From an uncultured Gemmatimonadota bacterium (lineage in GTDB: Bacteria; GCA-2686955): a stretch of 40,618 bases of DNA. Below, in pieces: positions 7,801-16,238 of the stretch. The stretch spans positions 62,001 to 102,618 of the forward strand of contig CAZBBK010000011.1 in the NCBI GenBank assembly GCA_964490075.1, given 5' to 3'. Each line of letters opens with the position of its first letter. Positions within the stretch are counted from its first letter, which is position 1. Below the pieces are notes generated by a model, which was not told the DNA's origin, made no database searches, and saw only the letters and a program-made list of their open reading frames with translations. The position numbers and the translations under genes are program-made.

Positions 7801-8480
7801 AGGGCGGGGGCCGGAGCATCCGCGGGATCTTGCGCCAGTGCCACGGCGGCGCTGTGCACACACCATTCGCCGCGTGCCACCAGGCAGGAACAAAGCGGCT
7901 CCCAGCCTTGCTCACCGCGCCGCAGCGTCACCTGCAGGGGCCGCCCCTCTCCGGCCACCTGCGCCTCGACCAGCCCCGCGGCGCCGCGCCGGACCCGCAC
8001 CCGAGGCGCCAGGTCCCGGGCCGCATGGACCATCCAGGTCGGCAGCGTGGGAGCCGCGGAGATGGCGGGCGCGGTGGGCGGCGGCGCGGTGCGGGAGGCG
8101 CGTGGCGCGGCGGGCCTGGCCGGGCGCTTGCGGGGCGCCGAGCGAGGCGCGGCCGCGGCCCCGCGGCGGCCGATCTCGCTCTGATGGGGCACCTGGTCGA
8201 GGCTGCGCACGGCCAGCGCCACGGCATGATCGCAGGGCCGGCGGCTGCCCGGGCGGCAGGTGCAGCGGGTGACCAGGACCCCGTCCTCGACCCGGATTCG
8301 CGTGGTCTCCGCACGCCGCCCGCGCGCCGAGCGCACTCGGCCCTCGACTCCTTCGGCTTCGACCTCCGACTGCAAGACCCTGCGGGTGGCGGAATCGAGA
8401 TCGACCCGCAGCCGGGCCGGGCAGGAATCGATGAACGAGCGCAGATGGGCAAAGAGGGGCGGGCTTGGGGCACGGGTCAC
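4863..8480 (-). CDS. SNF2-family helicase/ATPase with N-terminal SWIM zinc fingers
   Basis: ADDMGLGKT, DEAQFLKN, LTGTPIEN, SLRAGGTGLNLT, WWNPAVESQATDRAHRIG; SWIM motifs CTC..CDH and CSC..CVH. Confidence 0.93.
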   Translation of the reverse strand: MTRAPSPPLFAHLRSFIDSCPARLRVDLDSATRRVLQSEVEAEGVEGRVRSARGRRAETTRIRVEDGVLVTRCTCRPGSRRPCDHAVALAVRSLDQVPHQSEIGRRGAAAAPRSAPRKRPARPAAPRASRTAPPPTAPAISAAPTLPTWMVHAARDLAPRVRVRRGAAGLVEAQVAGEGRPLQVTLRRGEQGWEPLCSCLVARGEWCVHSAAVALAQDPADAPAPALQEPRPSSGESFPGRNVRIGAATVGPTYRIDLAADGALRVELRAESGETLEARHCVERLRAGLADAAELDSGLFSEGESGDLEAIDLQALASLVAMGEICDDGRIRVASRAAGGCLAAMAGTARMVDRSDQRLLWSADSARVEIELVERERCFHATAAVGAGEAPPAGRPVGGIPAWALIGRTIHPLDPAAARLAITLRDGARLSDDEAGRLLFGGDELPRALVVHGPSGQRLAPARRPRPIVRLEAGAAEILVALTLDYGGIEAAPRAERNGSPNEGWEEPLSRRSHVGWVVGRSPGENLWVPRDGAAEQLCLQALVDAGLALDRKGQCRVRGDRAVDLVNRSLGDELGAGWSIEEHGEIDRWRLLGTAIELEVAVREGADDQLVEIEVQASADGRALDFERLRAARQEGLRYLPAEGSGQLDAGDPRLDPLLDVLDELDLVPLPAQESRPRRFRAPRSRLGLLPPAAHSHGVHIGYDQRLADLAQGLSGTAQSITDAPHPGLRTRLRPYQAQGVAWMSFLAEHRLGGVLADDMGLGKTVQALALLLDQNTRLGPAPCLIAAPASVVLGWRDQAAAMTPDLRLELLSGRTQEQVLERARAAQVDLVVCSFAGLRLYGERLAEIDWRTFIVDEAQFLKNENTESARCARAIRAESTFALTGTPIENHLGELRAIVELVVPGLLGSREAFRRRFAEPIAAGGERATQGLQRRLRPFLLRRVKDEVAPDLPEKIEVELRLPLPPGHEAAYRQIAEQVRSGLRSEIESRGLARSGAHVLAALTRLRQAACHPGLVDIARPFSLLDTAKSLALEEQLPEIVEEGHRAVLFSSFTSYLDRIEELLAKLGIDFVRLDGSTPREERGRRIERFQSSGGPPLFLISLRAGGTGLNLTRADYVFHLDPWWNPAVESQATDRAHRIGRIGKVIAYKLIAAGTIEQRILELQRNKRDLVDRTLGAAEVFGAELTLEELRALVLQENGEGR

Positions 8481-8502
8481 GGCGATTGCTGGGGCACTGG
8501 GC

Positions 8503-8537
8503 TTGCGGTCGATGGGGAAAAAAGTACGATCTTAGCA
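8503..8537. promoter_or_regulatory. Possible overlapping divergent promoters (SNF2 / amidotransferase)
   Basis: Minus strand extended -10 TGcTAAGAT (8537-8529); plus strand TTGCGG (8503-8508)-N16-TACGAT (8525-8530) in an AT-rich patch. Confidence 0.35.
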
Positions 8538-8577
8538 ACCGCGCCCCAGAGAGCCCCAGCGATTCCGGCCGATCCCG

Positions 8578-9288
8578 ATGTCTCATCAACCCCTCCTGAT
8601 TCTCGATTGCACCGTCAGCCCAGCCTCGGGCCGGGTCTTCGAAGATGCCGTCCTACGCCTGGCCCCGCCCGGCCTGGACAGCGTGGTGCTGCGCATGGCC
8701 GACTCGGCGGGTCCCGCCGCTCTGGCCGAGCGAGCCGCGCGGCTGGTCCCCGCCGCCCTGCTGATCTCGGGAAGCGAGGCCGGAGTGCACGAGGGCCGGC
8801 CCTGGGTGCGCATCCTGCGGGATCAGCTGCGGGTGCTCACCGCGACCGGTCTACCGACGCTGGGCATCTGCTTCGGTCACCAGATCCTGGCCGCGGCATG
8901 GGGCGGAGAGGTCGAGACTCCACGGCCGGCGCGGAAGGTGCGCGGCATCCGGGCATTGCGCATCACCGACCCCAGCGCGCGGTGGCTCGGCGGCGACACG
9001 ATCGAGGCGTTGGTCAGCCACACCGACCAGGTGGTCGCGGCACCGCCGGGGTGGTCGGTCGCGGCCTGCTCCGACTACTGCCCGATCCAGGCTCTGAGCG
9101 CCGGGGATCTGCCGATCGTCGGCGTGCAGTGGCATCCCGAGGCCGATCGCGCCTTCATCGAGGACAATCCGGAGCCCGATGCCGGGCACCCCTGGAACCG
9201 CCTCGACCAGAGCAGCCTGGCGGCGCTCGGCGGCGTGGAGGTGCTGCGGGCGTTCCTTGCCCATCCCGATACCCGGCCGCCCTGCTAG
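8578..9288 (+). CDS. Class I (type 1) glutamine amidotransferase-like protein
   Basis: ISGS, LGICFGHQ nucleophile elbow, QWHPE triad motif. Confidence 0.9.
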   Translation: MSHQPLLILDCTVSPASGRVFEDAVLRLAPPGLDSVVLRMADSAGPAALAERAARLVPAALLISGSEAGVHEGRPWVRILRDQLRVLTATGLPTLGICFGHQILAAAWGGEVETPRPARKVRGIRALRITDPSARWLGGDTIEALVSHTDQVVAAPPGWSVAACSDYCPIQALSAGDLPIVGVQWHPEADRAFIEDNPEPDAGHPWNRLDQSSLAALGGVEVLRAFLAHPDTRPPC

Positions 9289-9354
9289 GATGCCGCCTAT
9301 GTCCCCGTGCGGCGCGCCACCGAGCGCGCCGCCCCCGCCCCGCAGGAGAAGACC

Positions 9355-11190
9355 GTGAGCAAGCTCGCCATCCGCCTCAGCTCGATCGCCTGGGCCGCCG
9401 CCGCGGCAGCAGCCGGCTGGTCGGTCGGCCTGGAGCGTGTGCTGCCGGCGACTTTCGGTGCGGGTGGGCGATCGACCGGCGGCGGCGATCCGGGCGAGTT
9501 CGCACTGGCCACAGCGGTCGCGCTCTTGCTGGCCCCGCTGCTGCTGCCCCCCCTGCTGGCGCGCCGCGATCGAACGCCGCCCCCAGGCGCCCCAACCCAG
9601 GCCCCGCTGGCGGCCGCCGCGGTCGCGTGGTGGGTGTTCGCCGCCGGCCAGGTCTGGGTGAAGAACCATCCCCTGGTCGATCGCGCCCGCAGCATCGAGG
9701 GGCTCGGTCTGGAGCTGAGCGTGCTGGTGCGCGCCGCCGGTCTCGGCGCCTGCGTGGGCGTGCTGGTATACTTTCTGGTCGTCCGCGTGCGAATCGGGCG
9801 CCTGCTGCGTCCCCGCGCCCTCCTGGTCGTGCTTCTGTTGCTGGCACTGCTCGGCGCCTGGACCCTGCACGGCCGCACCACCACCTCCCAGGCCCGGGCG
9901 CTGGCCACCTACCGCGAAGCCACGCCGCGCGCCGACTACAACGTGCTCCTGGTCACCCTCGACACCCAGCGCGCCGACTACCTGGGCTGTTACGGGGCCG
10001 AGGTCTCGACCCCCCATATCGACGCCCTGGCGCGCGCCGGCGCCCAGTTCGACCGCGCCTACAGCACCACCAACGTCACCATGCCCTCGCACGCCACCAT
10101 CCTGACCGCGCGCTGGATGAAAGAGCACGGCATGGAATCGAACTTCTCCCCGCCCCTCTCCGCGTCGAACCTGACCCTGCCCGAGATCCTGCACGAGATC
10201 GGCTACGCCACCGGCGCCTTCACCAGCCTCTTCATCCTCGACGGCGGCTACTCGGGATTGATGCAAGGCGTCGATACATGGTGGGCACCGGAGCGGGGCT
10301 TCACCGCGTCGGAAGAGGCCTTCACGCGCGCCGCCGTGTGGCTGGAGTCGGTCGCCGACCGGCGCTTCTTCGCCTGGGTCCACAGCTACGACGTGCATCG
10401 TCCCTACGAGCCCGTGCCGCCCTACGACACGCTCTACTACCAGGACGTGCCCGACGACCCGGACAACCTCTCGTTCACGCGCATCCCCAGCTTCCATCCG
10501 CGTCCCTTCGGTGTCACCGACATCGACTACCTGCCGGCGATGTACAAGGGCGAGACCAGCTACCAGGACGAGCAGCTGGGTGTTCTCTTCGCGCGCATGA
10601 AGGAGCTGGGGATCTTCGACAACACCCTGATCGTGCTCACCGCGGATCACGGCGAGAGCCTGGGCGAGCACGATCTCTTCTACAGCCACGACGCCCTCTA
10701 CGAGGAAGACGTGCGGGTGCCCTTGATCCTCCACGCGCCAGACCTGGTGCCGGCCGGGCTCCGCTCCGGCGCCCTGGTGCAGACCATCGACCTGGTGCCG
10801 ACGGTGCTCGAGCTACTCGGCCTGCCGCCTCTCGAGCTGGCCTCCGGCACCAGCCTGGCGCCGCTGCTCTCCGACCCAGCGGCGCAAGTGCGCAGCCACG
10901 CTTTTCTGGAAGGCAAGAGCTACCGCGCGCTGGGCATCGTCGACTCGACCTGGGCCTTCATCCACCCGCTGAAGGATATGGTACCCAACCACAACGTCGA
11001 GCTCTTCCGCATCGCCGACGATCCGCAGCAACTGCGCAACCTCTTCTACAGCGAGCGTCCGGTCGCGGAGCGGTATCTCGACCTGGCCCAGGAGTTCAGC
11101 GGACGGCGCATCCGGCTCGGCAAGGCCGCCAAGAGCGGCGTCCGGCCGACCGTCAGCCAGCAGCTCAACGCCTTGGGCTACGTCCAGTAG
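9355..11190 (+). CDS. Membrane-anchored sulfatase-like hydrolase/transferase (alkaline phosphatase superfamily)
   Basis: N-terminal TM helices then [44 protein letters not shown]; start chosen at GTG 9355 behind GGAG (ORF open from 9307). Confidence 0.85.
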   Translation: MSKLAIRLSSIAWAAAAAAAGWSVGLERVLPATFGAGGRSTGGGDPGEFALATAVALLLAPLLLPPLLARRDRTPPPGAPTQAPLAAAAVAWWVFAAGQVWVKNHPLVDRARSIEGLGLELSVLVRAAGLGACVGVLVYFLVVRVRIGRLLRPRALLVVLLLLALLGAWTLHGRTTTSQARALATYREATPRADYNVLLVTLDTQRADYLGCYGAEVSTPHIDALARAGAQFDRAYSTTNVTMPSHATILTARWMKEHGMESNFSPPLSASNLTLPEILHEIGYATGAFTSLFILDGGYSGLMQGVDTWWAPERGFTASEEAFTRAAVWLESVADRRFFAWVHSYDVHRPYEPVPPYDTLYYQDVPDDPDNLSFTRIPSFHPRPFGVTDIDYLPAMYKGETSYQDEQLGVLFARMKELGIFDNTLIVLTADHGESLGEHDLFYSHDALYEEDVRVPLILHAPDLVPAGLRSGALVQTIDLVPTVLELLGLPPLELASGTSLAPLLSDPAAQVRSHAFLEGKSYRALGIVDSTWAFIHPLKDMVPNHNVELFRIADDPQQLRNLFYSERPVAERYLDLAQEFSGRRIRLGKAAKSGVRPTVSQQLNALGYVQ

Positions 11191-12799
11191 CGCCGCGCTC
11201 GAGGCCCTCCGGCGTGGTCGCCAGCGCCGCGAAGGCGCGGGCGTAGATCCGCAGGTTGCGGCTCAGCGCCCGGCGCGAGATGAACTCCGGGTCGGCGTGG
11301 TACTGGGCCTCTTCGCCCAGCGCCGGCTCGGCGGGGCCGAATCCGACCGTGAGCGCCTCGGTGCCGGTGAAGGCCTTGGCGTAGGTGGTGCCGCCGATGC
11401 AGCCGGGCTCCGCGTCGCGTCCGGTCTCCTCGCGGTAGGTTTCGATCAGGATGTCGATCCAGGGATGGCGGGCGCTGCTCGCAAAGGCCTCGAAGCCCTC
11501 GCCGCCGACGGTCTCGATGGCGATCGCGCGCTCCGGGGCGAGCGCGGCGCGCAGCCGCGCCCGCAGCGCGGCGAGCGGCCACTCGTTGGTGGGACGGATG
11601 TTGAGCACCGCGCGCAGCTCCTCGCCGCTGGTCTCGATCGTCCCAAGGTTGACGCTGGTCGCCCCCAGGCAGGGCATCGTCGACGCGATGCCCAGTCCCG
11701 CGCCGCGTGCATCGACCCGCGCGGCAAGCACGCGCAAGAGCCGCCGCCAGTCTCCCGTCACCAGCTCCGCCTCGATGGCGATGCGCGCCAGCGGCGCAAC
11801 CGCGTTGCGCCCGGCTTCCGGGGTCGATCCGTGGGCCGCCTTGCCGCGCATCTTCAGCGTCACCTCCTCGTCGCGCCGCGTCACCTCGAAGGAGAGTCCC
11901 CTCCCCTCCCCCGTCAGACGCGCCGCGCGCCGCTCCAGGTCGCGTGCCAGCTGCTCCCCTCGACCCTCGCGAGCCTGGGCCACGAGCGACGCCTCGGCCG
12001 CCACCACGTTCGCGGCGCTGCCCCCTTCCAGCGAGCTCATCCGCGGCAGCTTGGCGCGACCTCCGCCGCCCGCGCTCAGCGCCAGGTCCAGGTAGCCGCG
12101 CTCCCCGATGGTCAACGGGAAGTCGCCGTCCACCACCAGCGCCAGCTCCGGCGCCTCGCGCTCCGCCAGCAGTCCCTCGATGCCCCGCCAGTCGGTCTCC
12201 TCGTCCATGCCGATCACCAGGAGCGGCTTGCGGGTCAGGATCGCGCCGCCCTCGCGCAGCGCCGCCAGGGCGTAGAAGGCTGCTGCCACCGCTCCCTTGT
12301 CGTCCAAGGTGCCGCGGCCGAAGAGGGTATCGCCCCGCACCTCCCCCGCGAAGGGCGGCGCCGGCCACGCCGCGAGATCGCCCACTGGCACCACGTCACC
12401 GTGCGCCAGGACCCAGAAATCGGGAGCCAGCGCCCGCCCGTCGAGACCGACCAGGAACACGTGGTCCTCGTCCAGTCGCTCGAAGCTGAGCTGCTGCTCG
12501 CTCGCCGCCCGCTCCAGCCGATCGCCGAAGGCGCGCCGGGCGGCGGCGTCGCCGGCCAGGGTCGGAATCCGCACCAGGTCGCGCAAGAGCACCTCGGCGT
12601 CACTCTCGAAGCGACTCTGGGCCAGGTCGGCCACCGCCTCGGGGTCGCGCACCACGGTCTCCATGAAGATCGGCGTGGCGGCGGTCGAGGCGCTACCGGC
12701 GGCACCTCTGGGAAGCGGCTGCGGGTCGCCGGGAGCCGCCGCGGCGGCGCACGGGATCAAGAGACCGAGGGCGAGGACGGTGGAAGGCGGGCGCATCAT
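11165..12799 (-). CDS. M20 family metallopeptidase (PepV/Sapep-like) with predicted signal peptide
   Basis: [44 protein letters not shown]; hydrophobic N-terminus. Confidence 0.88.
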   Translation of the reverse strand: MMRPPSTVLALGLLIPCAAAAAPGDPQPLPRGAAGSASTAATPIFMETVVRDPEAVADLAQSRFESDAEVLLRDLVRIPTLAGDAAARRAFGDRLERAASEQQLSFERLDEDHVFLVGLDGRALAPDFWVLAHGDVVPVGDLAAWPAPPFAGEVRGDTLFGRGTLDDKGAVAAAFYALAALREGGAILTRKPLLVIGMDEETDWRGIEGLLAEREAPELALVVDGDFPLTIGERGYLDLALSAGGGGRAKLPRMSSLEGGSAANVVAAEASLVAQAREGRGEQLARDLERRAARLTGEGRGLSFEVTRRDEEVTLKMRGKAAHGSTPEAGRNAVAPLARIAIEAELVTGDWRRLLRVLAARVDARGAGLGIASTMPCLGATSVNLGTIETSGEELRAVLNIRPTNEWPLAALRARLRAALAPERAIAIETVGGEGFEAFASSARHPWIDILIETYREETGRDAEPGCIGGTTYAKAFTGTEALTVGFGPAEPALGEEAQYHADPEFISRRALSRNLRIYARAFAALATTPEGLERGATGRSPRR

Positions 12800-12803
12800 G
12801 GGG

Positions 12804-13823
12804 CTAGGGCTCCTCGTGGTGGAAATCGCGCAGTACCCGGGCCAGCCAGGGCAGCGAGCGGTCGAAGCGGTAGGAAAGACCGAAGTGGTCGTCGGCGAAC
12901 TCCTCGTGGATCACCGCGACGCCGCGCCTCCGCAGGCGCGCCACCACCTGCCGGGCCCCGGCGTAGAGCCGAAACTGGTCGGCGGTGCCGCAGTCGATGA
13001 AGATCCCCGCGCACTCCGCGGCGCGGCAGCGCTCCGACGCGGCGATGCGCACCGGATCGTGCTCCAGCCAGCGCTCCCAGACCTCCGGGCGCAGCTCGCC
13101 GGTCCCCGGGTCGAAGGGCAGATCGATCCCCATCTCGGCCGCGGGATTCGGCGAGTAGGCCGCGGCCATGCCGAGCACGTTGATCACCGCGTGGTCGCCC
13201 GAGCCGTGTTTCGGTCGAGCCCGGAACTCCTCGAACCAGGCCGCCGGCCCGCCGGCTTTCTCGAAGGCCACCAGTGCGTGCGGGAAATCGGGCAGGTAGC
13301 AATACTCGAAGGCCGCGTCACCGGAGTGGCAGGCGCAGGCCTGGAAGAGATCGGGACGCAGCATCGCCAGGCGCAACGCCGCGTAGCCGCCCGACGACTT
13401 GCCGGCGACTCCGCGCGCGCCCTTGCCGCGGTAGCGACGAGCGACCTCCGGCAGCAGCTCCTCGGTCAGATAGCTCTGGTAGCGCCCGGTGGCCGACGAA
13501 TCGAGATACTGGCTGCCGCCCAGCGCCGTCATGCAGTCCGGCATCACCACGATCGCCTCGTCCATCGCGCCGCTCGCGATCAGGCGATCGAGGCGCTCGG
13601 GCAGGGTCTCGCCCCAGGCCGATTCGTGCAGCATCATGCGCCCCTGGCCGGTGAAGCCGGCCAGCACGAAGATCGTCGGGTAGCTCCGTTCCGGCTGCGT
13701 GTCGTAGGAGGGCGGCAGATAGACCGGCGTGGCGCGCCGGGTCGGATCGCCCAGGGGATTGCCGGCCAGCAGCGCGCTCTCGAGCTCGAAGAGCTCGACG
13801 CGGCCTTGGCTCTGCTGGGTCAT
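12804..13823 (-). CDS. Putative esterase (alpha/beta hydrolase, Fes/antigen-85-like esterase family)
   Basis: [15 protein letters not shown] nucleophile motif, IDCG..D, DDH; ATG 13823 follows GAGGAG RBS. Confidence 0.85.
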   Translation of the reverse strand: MTQQSQGRVELFELESALLAGNPLGDPTRRATPVYLPPSYDTQPERSYPTIFVLAGFTGQGRMMLHESAWGETLPERLDRLIASGAMDEAIVVMPDCMTALGGSQYLDSSATGRYQSYLTEELLPEVARRYRGKGARGVAGKSSGGYAALRLAMLRPDLFQACACHSGDAAFEYCYLPDFPHALVAFEKAGGPAAWFEEFRARPKHGSGDHAVINVLGMAAAYSPNPAAEMGIDLPFDPGTGELRPEVWERWLEHDPVRIAASERCRAAECAGIFIDCGTADQFRLYAGARQVVARLRRRGVAVIHEEFADDHFGLSYRFDRSLPWLARVLRDFHHEEP

Positions 13824-13962
13824 GCGGGCTCCTCGGAAAAGAGGGAGATGCGACGGGTGAAGCAGGATCGCCGCTCCGCGGGGGGGATGCAAGATCTGGA
13901 GGGGCGACCGGGGTTTCGATTCAGCGGCTGCCTACGCGGAGAGCGCCGGGAGCGCCTCCCAT

Positions 13963-14033
13963 CGTGCCCCTGCCCTGCCCCGCCCCTGTCATTGCCCGAT
14001 TCCCGCCGCCGGACCTGGCAGGGCACGGGCACG
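13963..14033. repeat. Long intergenic inverted repeat (REP-like stem-loop)
   Basis: CGTGCCCCTGCCCTGCC (13963-13979) pairs with GGCAGGGCACGGGCACG (14017-14033) at 16/17 positions, 37-nt loop. Confidence 0.65.
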
Positions 14034-14203
14034 CGGCGGTCCCGCGCTCGGGTGGCGCCCGCCCCGCCTCACGCACCAATACTGGCGAGATTCAGCAGCG
14101 CACCGACCATGTACAGAAGAGAACCAAGTTATGCTGGTGGCTGCAACTTCCTCTTCCCGTGTCGAGCCCGCCCCGCCGAACCCCTCCGCACAAGCGTAAT
14201 CCC

Positions 14204-16147
14204 ATGACATCAAAGCACTTGTTCTGCACACTCGCGAGCCTCGCGCTGGCCGCGCCCGGCCGCGGCGCAAGCACCCCGAGCAGTGCTCCCCCGCCCACCG
14301 GGCAGATCGAGAGCGCGCCCCTGTTCCAGCTTCCCGACGGCCTGCGCAAGTACAACGTGCTGATCTGGGCCCTCGACACCACCCGCGCCGACCATTTCGG
14401 CATCTACGGCTACCACCGCGACACCACCCCCTTCATCGACCAGCTCGCCGAGCTCGGCCTGCGCTGGGACAACTACACCACCTCGTCGACCTGGACCTGG
14501 CCCAGCGTGGTCAGCATGATGAGCAGCCTCACCGTCCCGACCCACAAGACCCTGGCCTCGTCGCTGGCGATGCCGCGCGGCTGGGCCAGCTTTCCCGAGA
14601 TCCTCGAGCCCTTCGGGTACCAAAGCGTTCTGGTCTCCAGCAACCACCTGCTCACCGACCTGGGGCGCCAGCTCTCCGACCGTTTCGATGTCTCCGTGGC
14701 CACCCTGCGACCGGACGAAACCCTGACCGACGTGGTGATCGACGCCATTCGCGATCCCGCTGGCCGCCCCTTCTTCATCCACGCCCAACCGGTGGCCGGT
14801 CATGCCCCCTACGTCTGCCCGCCGCCCTTCGACTCGCTCTTCGTCGACGATGCCTTCTACGGCGGACTGGGCGATCTGCCGAAGATCAACGACTCGGAGA
14901 ACTGCGACGGCGGGATGCAGCGCTCGGTGGTCATCGATTCCATCCTCTCCATGGACTGGTACGTGGCCCAGTACGACGGCCTGATGGCCTACATGGACTA
15001 CCAGTTCAGCCGGATCTACGAGGCCATCGAGGACGAAGGCCTGATCGACTCGACCCTGATCGTCATCACCGCCGATCATGCCGAAAACCTCGCCGGCGAT
15101 CACAACTACTATTTCTGCCACACCGACCAGTACCAGTCGAACATCCGCCTGCCTTTCATCGTTCTGCTGCCCGAAGAGGTGCAAGAGGCGCGCGGACCGC
15201 TGCGCAACCTGGCGCTCGGCGGGCTGCCCAACCACATCGATCTCCTGCCGACCGTCCTCGACCTGCTCGGCGTCGAGACTCCGGCCCAGGCCCAAGGGCG
15301 CAGCCTGATCGAGCTTCCGCAACCCGATCGGCGCATCGGACACAACCACCTGGGCCGCTCCTACCAGGAAGGCAACTGGAAGGTCGTGCAGAAGAACGAA
15401 AAGGTCGAGCCGGGGCCGGATACCGGGCTCTACGACATCGCCGCCGACCCCGACGAGCAGAACGACCTCTCCGGACCGATGACGGCGCTGCGCGACTCGC
15501 TGGAGGCGATCATGCTCGGCATCACCCTCCAGCTCGAGGCGATCCAGCCCCCCTTCTACCCCACCGGCGACCTCTACCACAGCGATCTCAACGACCCCGC
15601 GGAGACCGACGAGTTCTTCTACGTGAGCGGCAAGATGCGCCTGGTGGAGGACTACGGCTGGGGCTTCATCTACGAAGACCCCGACAGCAACCGGGTGATG
15701 TACGGCCAGTCGCCGCCCGGCGAGCCGGAGAATCTGCGCATGCCGGGCTCGCTGATCGAGGAGATCCTGCCCGACTACAACCTCTCGTTGCGCATGCAGC
15801 TGAACGAGGGCATCGGCTACCTGGGGCTCTCGGCGTTGGGCAAGTTCTTCTACAGCAACTTCGAGTTCCGCCCCGGATACCTGGTCACGATCGAGCCGGA
15901 CTCGATCGGTCTGGGGAGCTACCTGCCCGATGGTGAAAATGTCGACGCGGGGCGGGTCGCCTACCCCTTCGGCCTCGACGCCTGGCAGGAGATCGTGGTG
16001 ACCAACGACGGCGACACCGTGACCGTCAACATCGGCGGCCGCGATCTCTTGAGCATTCCGACCCACCAAGGCATCGCCGGAGCGACCTACTTCGGCCTCG
16101 CGATGGGCTCGGAGATGCGCGTCGACGATATCCGCGTCTGGCGCTAA
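14204..16147 (+). CDS. Secreted sulfatase-like hydrolase with C-terminal beta-rich (lectin/ConA-like) domain
   Basis: Signal-like MTSKHLFCTLASLALAA; NVLIWALDTTRADH, WTWPSVVSMMS, GHAPY, TADHAE, LYDIAADPDE; ORF open from 13964 but ATG 14204 gives the signal peptide. Confidence 0.82.
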   Translation: MTSKHLFCTLASLALAAPGRGASTPSSAPPPTGQIESAPLFQLPDGLRKYNVLIWALDTTRADHFGIYGYHRDTTPFIDQLAELGLRWDNYTTSSTWTWPSVVSMMSSLTVPTHKTLASSLAMPRGWASFPEILEPFGYQSVLVSSNHLLTDLGRQLSDRFDVSVATLRPDETLTDVVIDAIRDPAGRPFFIHAQPVAGHAPYVCPPPFDSLFVDDAFYGGLGDLPKINDSENCDGGMQRSVVIDSILSMDWYVAQYDGLMAYMDYQFSRIYEAIEDEGLIDSTLIVITADHAENLAGDHNYYFCHTDQYQSNIRLPFIVLLPEEVQEARGPLRNLALGGLPNHIDLLPTVLDLLGVETPAQAQGRSLIELPQPDRRIGHNHLGRSYQEGNWKVVQKNEKVEPGPDTGLYDIAADPDEQNDLSGPMTALRDSLEAIMLGITLQLEAIQPPFYPTGDLYHSDLNDPAETDEFFYVSGKMRLVEDYGWGFIYEDPDSNRVMYGQSPPGEPENLRMPGSLIEEILPDYNLSLRMQLNEGIGYLGLSALGKFFYSNFEFRPGYLVTIEPDSIGLGSYLPDGENVDAGRVAYPFGLDAWQEIVVTNDGDTVTVNIGGRDLLSIPTHQGIAGATYFGLAMGSEMRVDDIRVWR

Positions 16148-16166
16148 TTCTTGCGGGCGTAGGTTG

Positions 16167-16193
16167 TTGACCGCTCGCCGGCGATCTGGTCAA
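16167..16193. promoter_or_regulatory. Imperfect palindrome upstream of the glucan locus (candidate operator/promoter)
   Basis: TTGACC-gc-TCGCCGGCGA-tct-GGTCAA; left arm resembles a -35 hexamer. Confidence 0.4.
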
Positions 16194-16238
16194 ATCGCGG
16201 GGCTCTCGCCCGTCCCCAGCCTCCACCGGAGGGCCTCA

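Noticed and set aside
4863-8480. SNF2 gene as part of an anti-phage defence system
   Set aside because: No methylase, nuclease or other defence partner adjacent; SWIM-SNF2 proteins are common stand-alone genes
6393-11246. 1617-aa ORF on + strand
   Set aside because: Arg/Pro/Gly-rich shadow frame overlapping SNF2 (antisense) and two real genes in other frames; typical high-GC artefact
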